DNA of 64,000 bases, taken from contig CAWAIF010000003.1 of the NCBI GenBank assembly GCA_963782055.1, forward strand, positions 6,112,001-6,176,000, in the 5' to 3' direction. Position 1 is the first letter of the stretch. Each line of letters starts with the position of its first letter. This DNA is from an uncultured delta proteobacterium. Lineage in GTDB: Bacteria; Myxococcota_A; Polyangia; Polyangiales; Polyangiaceae. The notes below the pieces were generated by a model that saw nothing but the letters and a program-made list of their open reading frames with translations, had not been told where the DNA came from and searched no databases. The translations under genes and the position numbers were made by a program. Positions 1 through 9,693 of the stretch are shown here, piece after piece.

Positions 1-2
1 AG

Positions 3-1085
3 GGGCCACCGCCGATTGTCCCGGGCGCCACCATCGACCTCACGACGTCGCGCATCGTGGTGGACGCGCGCCTGGGCGAGGGGGGCATGGGCGTCGTGTG
101 GCGCGCGTGGCGCTTCTACCCGCCGGGCGATCCTCGGTCGCAGTCGGGCCCGGAGCCGCTCGCGCTCAAGGTGCTTCGCCCGAGCGTGGGCGGCACCGAG
201 CAGCTCAGGCGCTACTTCACGCGCGAGGCGGAGCTGCTCGCGCGCGTCTCCCACCCCAACGTGGTGCGCGCCTACGAGATGTTCGACCACGGGGGCGCGG
301 CGGTGCTGGCGCTGGAGCTTGTCGACGGCGATCCGCTCGACGCCATCATCGCCCGGCACGTGGCGCGGGCGCGCCTCGCCGGGCCGGGCGCGCTGCCCGG
401 CATGCCCTTCCTTCGGTCGTGGGCGTACTTCGAGCAGCTCCTCGGGGCGCTGGCGACGATGCACGCGCTCGGCGTGGTGCACCGCGACGTGAAGCCGCAG
501 AACGTGCTGGTGCGGCGCGACGGGATCGTGAAGCTGGGCGATTTCGGGATCGCCAAGCACGTGCGCAATGACCCGAACGCGCCGCCGGACCTCGCCGGCA
601 CCGACGCGGGCGCGGCGCCGGGCACCGGGGCGTACATGTCGCCGGAGCAGGTCCTCTCGCGGCCGCTGGACGGGCGCAGCGACCTCTACTCCGCCGCCAT
701 CGTCCTGTACGAGATGCTCTCCGGGCGGACGCCCTTCACCACAGCGGGCAAGAGCGAGCTGCTGGTGCGGCAGGAGCAGGTGACGGGCGCGCCGCCGCCG
801 CTCCGCGCCTTCGTCCCGCAGGCGCCGCCCGCGCTCGACGCCCTGTTCACTCGCGCCCTCGCGAAGGACGCGGCGCAGCGCTTCCAGGACGCCATCGCGA
901 TGGGCAACGCCTTCCGCGGCGCCTTCGGCCTGGCCGAGACGGCCGAGTGGCGCGCGCAGATCGAGATGGCGCAGCGGGCCGCGGCGCCGGCGGCGGCGGA
1001 CACGGCGAAGCGGATGGGCACGCTGCGTGACTTCCTCGTCGAGCGCTACCAGACGGCGCCGATGCCCGCGCGCCCCGCGCGGTAG
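3..1085 (+). CDS. Ser/Thr protein kinase (5' end probably outside window)
   Basis: LGEGGMGVV, ALKVL, HRDVKPQN, DFG and YMSPE motifs; the frame is open back to the window edge. Confidence 0.93.
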   Translation, partial: GPPPIVPGATIDLTTSRIVVDARLGEGGMGVVWRAWRFYPPGDPRSQSGPEPLALKVLRPSVGGTEQLRRYFTREAELLARVSHPNVVRAYEMFDHGGAAVLALELVDGDPLDAIIARHVARARLAGPGALPGMPFLRSWAYFEQLLGALATMHALGVVHRDVKPQNVLVRRDGIVKLGDFGIAKHVRNDPNAPPDLAGTDAGAAPGTGAYMSPEQVLSRPLDGRSDLYSAAIVLYEMLSGRTPFTTAGKSELLVRQEQVTGAPPPLRAFVPQAPPALDALFTRALAKDAAQRFQDAIAMGNAFRGAFGLAETAEWRAQIEMAQRAAAPAAADTAKRMGTLRDFLVERYQTAPMPARPAR

Positions 1086-1095
1086 CGAGGCGGTC

Positions 1096-4000
1096 TCACG
1101 AGGGCGGCGGCACCGACTTCGCGCGCATCCGCATCGGTCCCTTCGCCTGCCCGGGCACGACGAGCTGCCGCGTCACCAGCGCCACGAAGACGAGTGTCTC
1201 GGCCGTGTCCAGCCCCACCCCGCTGCGCACGATGATCTCGGCGAGGGTGCCCGGGCGCGCGCGGATGGCGTCGAGCACGGCGTGCTCTTCGGGCGTGAGC
1301 CCGGCGAGGTCCAGCATCGACTCGGGGTGGAGGGTGAGCGGCAGCGACGCGGCGCGCTCCAGCGTCTTGCCGACGCGCGCGCGATCGCTCCAGGCGCGCA
1401 CCGCGACGAGCACCGCGGCGAGCGGGTCGGCGTCGGGCGTGTCGTCGGGGCCGGACGCGAGATCGACGTCCTCGTAGAAGGCGTACCGCGCGCCGGCGCC
1501 CAGGTTCACCACGTCCTGTAGCCGCGCCGGCTGCCCGTTCGAACGCACGCGCACCGGGGCCCCGCGCACCAGGTGCAGCAGGTGCCGCGCGCCGTCCGCC
1601 TCCACCAGCTCCAGCGTGCCGCTCAGGCCGTGGTCCAGCGCGTAGACGAGCACGTGCACGAGGGGCGTGGCGGCGAGATCGCCGCGCGCCGTCGCCTCCG
1701 GACCCGCGGGCCCGGGGGCTGGCGAGCGCAGCCGCTGCTCGCTGCCGGCGTCGCCGGGGTGCGAGTCGTCCCGCGCGAAGGAGCCGGTGGCCGGCGGCGG
1801 GCGCGAGGCGGTCGCCATGGGGCCCATCATCGAGCCGCTCGGGCTCGGCGCGGTCATGGGCGGGGGCGCGCTGCGCTCGGTCGCGGCCGGCGGTCCCTTG
1901 CGCCAGTTGTCGATGCTGACGACCTTGTCGATGCGCAGACCGTCGTCGCCGGTGAGGGCGAGCTCCACCTCGAAGGGCTCGGAGTACTCCTCGCCGGTCT
2001 CGTCGAGCACCAGCCGGGCGAGCGGCCCGTGCGAGGTGCCGCGGTTGGACGCGATGACCTCCGCCACCTCGCCGCTGGTGAGCTTGGCGACGGTCCCGGC
2101 CGGCACGAAGCCGAGCGTCGCGACCAGCAGGCGGAGGGCGGTGCGCTCGGGCGTCGTCTCCGCGCGGTCGGCCATCGCCGCGACGACCGTCTCCGGGTTG
2201 GGGAGCAGGGGGCCGCTGCGCTCGCACATCGCGTCGCAGTAGGCGCGGGCGGTGGTCACGAGGCGGGCGTGGAGCGTCGGCTTGCGCGTGCCGCGGTAGA
2301 CGGGGCCGGCGCCCTGCCCCATCCACGTCGCCTCGAAGCAGATGACCGAGCGCGCCAGCATGGAGGTGCTCCCGCGGCCCTGCGCGGCGAGCACCGCCGC
2401 GGCCGCCGAGACGAGCGCGAACTTCTCGGCGTCGCTGGCGCGCGCCTTCGCCGCGCCCTCGGCCATGGCGGCCAGGGCGATACGTGCAATCTGCACGCGA
2501 CTGTCGGTGAGGGAGCCGGCCATCGACGCGGCGAGGAAGGCGGCGCTCGCCGCGCGCGCCGCGTCGTCCCCGTCGGGGGAGCAGTCCACGGCGCTGGAGA
2601 CGAGCCACGCCGGGGTGCTCGCCAGCTCCGCCATCGCCTGCGCCACGCGCACGAGCACGTTGGGCGTGCGGTAGCGGCGCGAGCCGACGGCCGCGAAGTG
2701 GCGCCGGATGGCGACGACAGCCGCGGCGTAGGTGCGGATGACGCGCGGCTCGATCGGCAGGCGCTCGACCTCCAGCCCGCGGACGCGCAACAGATCGTGC
2801 GACGCGCGGAGCCGCACGCGCTGCGACGCGCAGGAGAAGCCCGAGCTCGCCTTGCGCAGCGCGGCGCGGGCGGCGCTCACGAGCGCCGCCGCGTCCTCGG
2901 CGTCGAGCGCGCCGTCCAGCGTCACGGCGACCGCGCCGAGCTGCGCGAGCACGTGGCCGATCGCCGCGGCGGCCTCGTAGACGGCGGCGCCCCCCCACAC
3001 GAGTCGGCCGGCGACCAGCGCGGCGCGGCGGGCCACGAAGATCTCCAGCGCGCCCCCGCCGGCGGCGCCGGGGTGGGCGCGCACGGCCTGGACGAGATCG
3101 TTGGCGGCGGCGATCTCGGCGGCGTCGGGCTTGCCCTCGGCGAGGCGCAGGGCGGCGGCGAGCGTCACGACGACGCGCGCGCCGGCCTCGTCCCGGGCGT
3201 CGCCTCGCGGCAGATCGATCGGCGTGCGCGGCGCCGCCAGCGGCACGTTGGCGGCCGCGGCCCGCGCCACGTCGTCGCCGCCCAGGCGCGCGAGCAGCGG
3301 CTCCAGCGCCACCTTGACCGGGTCGGGCATGGGCCGGCGGAAGGCGGCCAGGAGGGCGGGCACCTCCGCCTTGGCGACGCGCGCGAGCAGTGGCGCGACC
3401 TCCGCTGCGACGGCGGGGCGCTCCGGCAGGGCGCGCAGCAGCGCGGCGAACGCCTCCTTGCCGAACATGGCGCTGGTGACCGCGGCCTCCAGCTTCGGCG
3501 CGTCCTTCGCGCCCACGAGCCGCGCGAGCCGCTCCGACGCCGCCTGGCGCAGACGCACCGCCTCGGCCACGCGGCCGGCCTCGTAGAGCTCGACGGCGGT
3601 ACGCCGCAGCGCGCCGAGCACCGTGGCCACCTCCCCGGTCTTGGCGGCGTCCACCAGGCCCTCGGCGAGGACCTCGGCGTAGCGCTCGATCCACGCGTCG
3701 GTGTCGAGCTGCGTCGCGTACACCGCGCGGATCACCTCGTCCGGCGCGAGGGGCGACGCCTCCTCCTCCCGCGCCGAGCCGGCGGCGCGCGCCCCGTGGC
3801 ATCGCCGCGCCGCCTCGCCCTCGATGCGCAGCGACTCGGCGAAGAAGGCCTCGCGCGCGTCGACGTCGCCTTCGACCGCGACCAGACACGCCTCCACGCG
3901 CACGTGCGGCAGCGGCGCCTCCCAGAGGGCGATCCCCGGATCGCGCCCGGCGGAGACCTCTCCCGTCCACGCGGAGAGCAAGGTGCGCAGCTCCTCGGTC

Positions 4001-5259
4001 GTGATGCCGGGCGTGAAGCGAAGCCAGCGCACGCCGCACTCGAAGAGGCGGTGCACCAGCGGCTCCAGCGCGGCCTCCGGCGTCCACACCACGTGCTCGA
4101 AGGTGGCGAAGCCGAAGGGCCGCACCTCCAGCACCACCGCGGCGTGGCGGCGGCGGTGGATGTCGGCGAGGGCGTCGGTCGCGCGGTGCAGCGCCTGCTC
4201 GACCTCGGGGTCGGTCCACGAGCCGCCGAGGCCCTGCCGCAGCGCCTCTTCCAGGAGGGCGAGCCAGGCGGCGATCTCGCGCACGCGCGCGTCTCCCGCC
4301 TCGATGACCTCCTGCACCGGCGTGAGGTCGGCGACCTCGGCGTCGACGATGGAATCCTGCGGGGGTCGCTCGGAGAGGCGCGTCGCGGAGGACATGGCGG
4401 CGATGACGGCGCTCTGCATCTCGCGCGCGTCGCGGTAGCGGTCACGCGGCTCCCACGCCAGCGCGCGGTCGATGAGGCGCACCAGCTCCTGCGGCATGTC
4501 CGGGGCGATGTTCGCGATGGAAGGCACCGGCTCGTTGGCGGCGAGGTGCAGTGACTCCTTCTCCGTCTTGCCGCGGTGGATACGCCGCCCGGTGATGAGG
4601 GCGTGCAGGAGCGCCCCCACCGAGAAGACGTCGGAGCGACCGTCGATGCGGTTGACCTGGCCGCGCGCCTGCTCCGGCGACATGTACGCCGGCGTGCCCA
4701 GGGCGAGCCCGTGCGCGGGGCGCTCACCGCCCTGCTCGCGCGCCACGCCGAAGTCGAGCAGCTTCACCTCCCCGGCCCGCGTGAGGAAGAGGTTGGCCGG
4801 CTTGAGGTCGCGGTGCACCACGCCCTGCGCGTGGCACGCGGCGAGGCAGTCGAGCACGCGCTCGGCGATGTGCAGAGCCTGGGCGACGGGCACGGTGCGG
4901 CCGGTGCGACGCCACCAGTCGCGCACCGTCTCCCCCTCCAGCAGCTCCATGATGAGGAAGGGCTCGTCCGCCTCGGTGACGTCGTCGTCGAGGACCTTCA
5001 CGCACGCGGGGTGGCCGATCTTGTTGGCCAGGTACGCCTCGCGCAGGAAGCGATCCACCACCCCGCGGTCGCGCGCGAGGTCGATGTGCATGATCTTGAG
5101 CGCGGCGCGCTGCCCGTTGCGGTGGGTGGCCGCGTACACCGCCGCCATGCCGCCCAGTCCGAGCATGGCGTCCAGGTGCCATTTGTTCTTGACGAGACCG
5201 CCCACACGCCGCGACGCGGCGTCCTCTTCGCGTGAGCGCAAGACGTTGGGATCGGCCAT
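1096..5259 (-). CDS. Large Ser/Thr kinase with degenerate HD-GYP-like region and C-terminal DUF4388-like domain
   Basis: N-terminal GLGGMAAVY/HRDLKPAN/DFG/SPE; internal HARLVTTARAYCDAM...LGFVPAGTVAKLTSGEVAEV; C-terminal RGDLAATPLVHVLVYALDHGLSGTL. Confidence 0.88.
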   Translation of the reverse strand: MADPNVLRSREEDAASRRVGGLVKNKWHLDAMLGLGGMAAVYAATHRNGQRAALKIMHIDLARDRGVVDRFLREAYLANKIGHPACVKVLDDDVTEADEPFLIMELLEGETVRDWWRRTGRTVPVAQALHIAERVLDCLAACHAQGVVHRDLKPANLFLTRAGEVKLLDFGVAREQGGERPAHGLALGTPAYMSPEQARGQVNRIDGRSDVFSVGALLHALITGRRIHRGKTEKESLHLAANEPVPSIANIAPDMPQELVRLIDRALAWEPRDRYRDAREMQSAVIAAMSSATRLSERPPQDSIVDAEVADLTPVQEVIEAGDARVREIAAWLALLEEALRQGLGGSWTDPEVEQALHRATDALADIHRRRHAAVVLEVRPFGFATFEHVVWTPEAALEPLVHRLFECGVRWLRFTPGITTEELRTLLSAWTGEVSAGRDPGIALWEAPLPHVRVEACLVAVEGDVDAREAFFAESLRIEGEAARRCHGARAAGSAREEEASPLAPDEVIRAVYATQLDTDAWIERYAEVLAEGLVDAAKTGEVATVLGALRRTAVELYEAGRVAEAVRLRQAASERLARLVGAKDAPKLEAAVTSAMFGKEAFAALLRALPERPAVAAEVAPLLARVAKAEVPALLAAFRRPMPDPVKVALEPLLARLGGDDVARAAAANVPLAAPRTPIDLPRGDARDEAGARVVVTLAAALRLAEGKPDAAEIAAANDLVQAVRAHPGAAGGGALEIFVARRAALVAGRLVWGGAAVYEAAAAIGHVLAQLGAVAVTLDGALDAEDAAALVSAARAALRKASSGFSCASQRVRLRASHDLLRVRGLEVERLPIEPRVIRTYAAAVVAIRRHFAAVGSRRYRTPNVLVRVAQAMAELASTPAWLVSSAVDCSPDGDDAARAASAAFLAASMAGSLTDSRVQIARIALAAMAEGAAKARASDAEKFALVSAAAAVLAAQGRGSTSMLARSVICFEATWMGQGAGPVYRGTRKPTLHARLVTTARAYCDAMCERSGPLLPNPETVVAAMADRAETTPERTALRLLVATLGFVPAGTVAKLTSGEVAEVIASNRGTSHGPLARLVLDETGEEYSEPFEVELALTGDDGLRIDKVVSIDNWRKGPPAATERSAPPPMTAPSPSGSMMGPMATASRPPPATGSFARDDSHPGDAGSEQRLRSPAPGPAGPEATARGDLAATPLVHVLVYALDHGLSGTLELVEADGARHLLHLVRGAPVRVRSNGQPARLQDVVNLGAGARYAFYEDVDLASGPDDTPDADPLAAVLVAVRAWSDRARVGKTLERAASLPLTLHPESMLDLAGLTPEEHAVLDAIRARPGTLAEIIVRSGVGLDTAETLVFVALVTRQLVVPGQAKGPMRMRAKSVPPPS

Positions 5260-5316
5260 GGGAGCGGGGAAATCAGCATACCGGCGCCACGCGGCCTTGA
5301 CGAGCCCCGCGTCCGG

Positions 5317-7623
5317 TCACTCCCCGCGCGAGTAAGTCACCGCAGCCAGCGCGCCGATGAGCCCGGCCACCGGGGCCGCGACCACCGGAAACAGGCCGAA
5401 GGCCACCGCGAGCGTGAAGAGGAGGCCCGGCGCCAGGCCCATCATCATCGCGCGCAGGGCGCGCTCCCGCGCGGCGCGCGGCAGGGTGAGCGCCGAGACC
5501 GCGTCGCGCAGGTCGTCGCCGGCGAGCGACGCGGACCACTCCCCCGGCGAGCCGCCCGCGGAGGCGAGGGCGACCGAGACGTCAGCGGCGCCGAGGGCCG
5601 CGTCGTCAACGGCCGGGTGGCCGAGCACCGCCACGACGTCCCCGCCCTCGCCCAGGGCGCGCACCTCCGCGCCGCGCTCCGCCACCGCCACCTCGGGCCG
5701 GAGGTGCTCGACGTCCAGCGCGCGGCCGATGGTCTCGCACGTCTCGCGCGCCTCGCCGGAGAGGAGCACCGGCTCGATGCGTGCATCATGCAACCTCTGG
5801 ATCGCCGGGCGGGCGCCCGCGCGCACGGCGTCCTGGAGCGCGAGCAGGCCGACCAGCTTGCCGCCCCGCGCGAGGAGCAGCACGCTTCGCCCTTGCGCCT
5901 CGTGCTCGCGCACCGTCGCGTCGGCGACGGCGACGCTCACCTTCTCCGAGAGGAGGAAGGAGCGGCGCCCCAGCGCCGCGCGCTCGCCCGACGCGTCGGT
6001 GGCGGAGACGCCCGAGCCGTAGTGCACGGCGGCGCGGACCGACTCCAGCGTGACCGACCGGGCGCGCGCGGTGTGGAGCACCGCCGCGAGGAACGGGTGC
6101 GTACCGCCCATGGCCAGCGCCCCGGCGAGGGCGAGGACGTCGTTGCTGTCCTGCGCGAGGCTGCCGGAGGGCGGCGCGGCCGCGTCACCCGTCTCCGCCG
6201 GGCCGCCCGCGAAGCTCTCCACCGCGACGACCTCCGGCTCACCGGCGAGCACCGTCCCGCGCGTGCACACGACGGCGATCTGCGCGCGACCGGCCCGGTC
6301 GAAGGCGGCGGGGTCGCGGTAGAAGATGCCGGCGTGGAGCGCGCGCAGGTGGCCGCGCCCGTGCGTCAGGGCGACGGCGCCCAGCACGCCCGGCGCGCCG
6401 AAGGCGGAGATGGCCGCCGCCGCCGTGGCGACCGAGGCGAACCAGGAGCCGCCGTTGACGAAGGCCGCAGCGCCCGCGAGCACACCCACCAGCGGCACGA
6501 CGCGCTCGGCCGCGATGCGCGCGAGGTGCACGACCGGCGCGGCCACGTCGACGCGGGAGGCGGGCGAGACGAGCAGCTTCACCGCGGCGCGATCGCCGCC
6601 GGTCCACGTCACCGCCACGCGGAGGTGCCCTGAGAGCACGCGCGCCCCGGCCACGACCGGGTCGCCCTCTCGCCGGGGGACGTCGAGGGTGGCGTCGACC
6701 CACGGGCTGACGGTCGCCTCACCCGCGACGACCACCCCGTCGACGGGCATGACCTCGTCGGTCTCGACCACCACCTGCTCGCCGGCGCGCACCTCGTCGG
6801 CCGCGCGCACCCGGCCCTGCCCGTCGCGCGCGGGCACGTCGATGGCGCGGAGCAGCCGCCCGCGCAGCGCGGCCGTCGTCTCCCGCGCCCGGGCGAGCAC
6901 CGCGTCGACGGCCAGCACCGAGGCCGCCGTGAGGCCGGCGATGGACGCGACCTGCGGCGTGCCCTTCGCGTGGACCGCGAGCGCCCACACCACCGGCACG
7001 CCGGCGAGCACGACCGGAGCAACGGGCGCCCACGCGCGCGCCTCCGACGCGTCCCGCCGCCGCAGCAGGGTGACGACGAGCTGGCAGGCGCACGCGAAGA
7101 GGGCGAGCGGCGCGCGGAGGGTCGCGGCCGGAGCGCCCACGAGCGCCACACCGAGCGCGAGCGCGCCGGCGGCGATGCCGGCGTAGGTGACCGCGTCGAC
7201 GCCGGCGCCACCACGCGCCTCCCCGGACGGGGGCGCCCCCTCCGCGGGCACGGACTCCACGCGCGGACGCATCGAGGGGGGCTCCGCCGTGTCCGCCACC
7301 GACACCGCCCAGGTGCGCACCGGGCCCGATCGCGGGCCCAGGTCTTCCTGCGGCGACTCTGCCTCGACCTCCGCCGGCGGCGAGGCGTCGGAGTCCGCCG
7401 GCACGAGGAGGCGATCGGACGATGTCGCCGGCGCCACGGGCGGCGGCTCGGCGGTGGCCACGTCGTCGCGCGCCACCGAGTCGGCGACGCCCTGCATGTA
7501 CTTCGCCTTGCAGTCGCGATCGCAGAAGTAGAGGAACCGCCCGCCCAGGATGGCGACCTGCCCGGCGCGGAGCGCGTCGACCTCACGACCGCACGCCGGG
7601 CACGCCTGCGGGGCGTCCGGCAT
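5317..7623 (-). CDS. P1B-type ATPase-like protein with N-terminal TRASH/YHS-like motif; catalytic motifs degenerate
   Basis: CPAC..YFCDRDC at the N-terminus; actuator-like VRAGEQVVV..MPVDGVVVAG; HP motif; LLALQDAVR; DKTGT replaced by CTRGT. Confidence 0.85.
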   Translation of the reverse strand: MPDAPQACPACGREVDALRAGQVAILGGRFLYFCDRDCKAKYMQGVADSVARDDVATAEPPPVAPATSSDRLLVPADSDASPPAEVEAESPQEDLGPRSGPVRTWAVSVADTAEPPSMRPRVESVPAEGAPPSGEARGGAGVDAVTYAGIAAGALALGVALVGAPAATLRAPLALFACACQLVVTLLRRRDASEARAWAPVAPVVLAGVPVVWALAVHAKGTPQVASIAGLTAASVLAVDAVLARARETTAALRGRLLRAIDVPARDGQGRVRAADEVRAGEQVVVETDEVMPVDGVVVAGEATVSPWVDATLDVPRREGDPVVAGARVLSGHLRVAVTWTGGDRAAVKLLVSPASRVDVAAPVVHLARIAAERVVPLVGVLAGAAAFVNGGSWFASVATAAAAISAFGAPGVLGAVALTHGRGHLRALHAGIFYRDPAAFDRAGRAQIAVVCTRGTVLAGEPEVVAVESFAGGPAETGDAAAPPSGSLAQDSNDVLALAGALAMGGTHPFLAAVLHTARARSVTLESVRAAVHYGSGVSATDASGERAALGRRSFLLSEKVSVAVADATVREHEAQGRSVLLLARGGKLVGLLALQDAVRAGARPAIQRLHDARIEPVLLSGEARETCETIGRALDVEHLRPEVAVAERGAEVRALGEGGDVVAVLGHPAVDDAALGAADVSVALASAGGSPGEWSASLAGDDLRDAVSALTLPRAARERALRAMMMGLAPGLLFTLAVAFGLFPVVAAPVAGLIGALAAVTYSRGE

Positions 7624-7624
7624 G

Positions 7625-8860
7625 TCAGGCGCTCGCCGAGCGCGGCGCGCCGGCGGTGGCCGGCACCTCCAGCAGGAGCTTGCGCACCACGGCGACGCCC
7701 TCCTCGAGCTGGGCGACCGACACCACCAGCGGGGGGCAGAAGCGCAGCACGCGCTCGCCCGCGGCGGTGAGGAGCACGCCGAGCTGCTGCGCGCGCGCGA
7801 CGAGCTCCCGCGCGACGAGGCCCTGGCGAAGCACCAACCCCTGGAGCAGTCCCTCGCCCCGGGCGCCCTCGCACGCGTGCGGCAGCTCCGCGACGAGCGC
7901 CTCCAGCATCCGGTGGAGCGCCGCGCCCTTCTCCCGCGCGCCCTCCACCAGCTTCTCCTCGTCCATGACGCGCAGCACCGCGAGCGACGCGGCGCACGTG
8001 AGCGGGTTGCCGCCGAAGGTGGATCCGTGGGTGCCGGGAGGCAGCGCGCCGGCCAGCGCCTCCGTCGTCAGCATGGCGCCGATGGGCACGCCCCCGCCGA
8101 GCCCCTTGGCCAGCGCCACCGCGTCCGCGCGCGCGCCGCAGCCGTCGTGCCCCAGAAAGCGCCCGAGCCGACCGACGCCGGCCTGCACCTCGTCGACGAG
8201 GAGCAGCGCGCCGGCGGCGTCGCAGATCTTCCGCAGCCCCGCGATGAACCCGGGCGGCGCCACGAAGACGCCGCCCTCTCCCTGCACCGGCTCGACGTTG
8301 ACCGCCGCCACGTCGGGGCCCATCGCCGCCTCCACCGCGGCGAGATCGCCGTAGGGCACGTGCGTGACCGCCCCGAGCTCGCCGAAGCCCTCGCGGTACT
8401 TGGGGGTGCCGGTCATCGAGAGGGCGCCGAGGGTGCGCCCGTGGAACGCCTTGTGGAAGGCGATGACGCGCACGCGTTCTTTCTCGCCGCGCCCGAAGAA
8501 GTGGTGGCGCGCCAGCTTGAGCAGCGCCTCGTTCGCCTCCGTGCCGGAGTTGCAGAAGAAGGCGCGGTCGTAGCCCGTGCGCTTGCAGAGCTCCGTCGCG
8601 AGCCGGATGTTCGGCTCGTTGTAGTAATAGTTGGAGACGTGAATCACCTTCGCCGCCTGATCGGCGATGGCCTTCACCAGCTCGGGGTGCGCGTGCCCCA
8701 GCGCCGAAACTGCGACCCCCGCGCCGAGGTCCAGGCAGCGCTTGCCGTCGACGTCGAAGAGCTCGCAGCCGCTGCCGCGCTCCACGACGAAGGGCGCCGG
8801 CCGGTAGTTCTGGTACAGGTGCGACCTGGCGGCATCGAGAAGCTCGGCGCTCTTGGACAT
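7625..8860 (-). CDS. argD: Acetylornithine/succinylornithine aminotransferase
   Basis: CNSGTEANEA, FHGRT, EPVQGEGG, DEVQ, AKGLGGG, HGSTFGGNPL motifs. Confidence 0.93.
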   Translation of the reverse strand: MSKSAELLDAARSHLYQNYRPAPFVVERGSGCELFDVDGKRCLDLGAGVAVSALGHAHPELVKAIADQAAKVIHVSNYYYNEPNIRLATELCKRTGYDRAFFCNSGTEANEALLKLARHHFFGRGEKERVRVIAFHKAFHGRTLGALSMTGTPKYREGFGELGAVTHVPYGDLAAVEAAMGPDVAAVNVEPVQGEGGVFVAPPGFIAGLRKICDAAGALLLVDEVQAGVGRLGRFLGHDGCGARADAVALAKGLGGGVPIGAMLTTEALAGALPPGTHGSTFGGNPLTCAASLAVLRVMDEEKLVEGAREKGAALHRMLEALVAELPHACEGARGEGLLQGLVLRQGLVARELVARAQQLGVLLTAAGERVLRFCPPLVVSVAQLEEGVAVVRKLLLEVPATAGAPRSASA

Positions 8861-8891
8861 GCCCGTCTCTTAGCGCCGCGCGCGCCGGGCA

Positions 8892-9692
8892 TCAACGTGC
8901 CGCGTCGCCGCGCAGGGCGAGCACGCGGGCGGCGATCTCGACGAAGCCGGTGCCCATCTCCCCCCGCGCCACCCAGCGCGGAGGCAGGGCCAGCCGCGGC
9001 ATCGAGGCGGCGACGTTGGCCACGCCGAAGGTGACGTCGAAGGCGTCGAAGCACGCGCGGTCGTTGCCGCTGTCGCCGGCGAAGGCCCAGCGCGCCCGCG
9101 CCGCCGAGGCGTCCTCCCCGAAGCGCTCGCACAGCAGGGCGATCGCGCCGCTCGCCTTGTCGTCGCCCGCGAAGGTGGCGTGCAGGTGCACGCTGGAGCG
9201 GGAGCTGCGGGCGCCGGCCTCGTGGATGACGCGCTCCATCGCGCGCGCGCGGTCCTCCGGCATCTTGACGCGCTCGCCCACGTCCCACGTCACGTCGGAG
9301 CGGCGCATGTCGACGTCGTCGGTCGTGCGCGCCTCCGGGACGACCTCGCGCATGCGCTCGACGATCCCGGCGAGCCGCGCGCGGCGCGACCGCCGCTCGG
9401 CCGCGTCGCAGCGGTCCAGCACCGACACGCCGCGCGCCTCCCGCAGGATCCAGATCGCGCCGTTCTCGGTGATCGCGGCGTCGACGGGCCACTGGCGCGC
9501 GAGCACCTCGCCCCAGCCGGAGGGGCGGCCGGTCACCATCACCAGCTTCAGCCCAGCGTCGTGGAGGTCCCAGAGCGCGCCGTACGCCTCGCGGGTGAGG
9601 GTCCCGTGGGAGAGCACCGTGTCGTCCAGGTCGAAGAGCAGGCCGACGAGGCGGCGCGCCGTCGTGGCGTCCAGGGCCTCGAGCGGGCGCAC
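8892..9692 (-). CDS. HAD-IIB family hydrolase
   Basis: DLDDT motif I, VTGR motif II, DKA and GDSGND motifs. Confidence 0.88.
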   Translation of the reverse strand: MRPLEALDATTARRLVGLLFDLDDTVLSHGTLTREAYGALWDLHDAGLKLVMVTGRPSGWGEVLARQWPVDAAITENGAIWILREARGVSVLDRCDAAERRSRRARLAGIVERMREVVPEARTTDDVDMRRSDVTWDVGERVKMPEDRARAMERVIHEAGARSSRSSVHLHATFAGDDKASGAIALLCERFGEDASAARARWAFAGDSGNDRACFDAFDVTFGVANVAASMPRLALPPRWVARGEMGTGFVEIAARVLALRGDAAR

Positions 9693-9693
9693 G

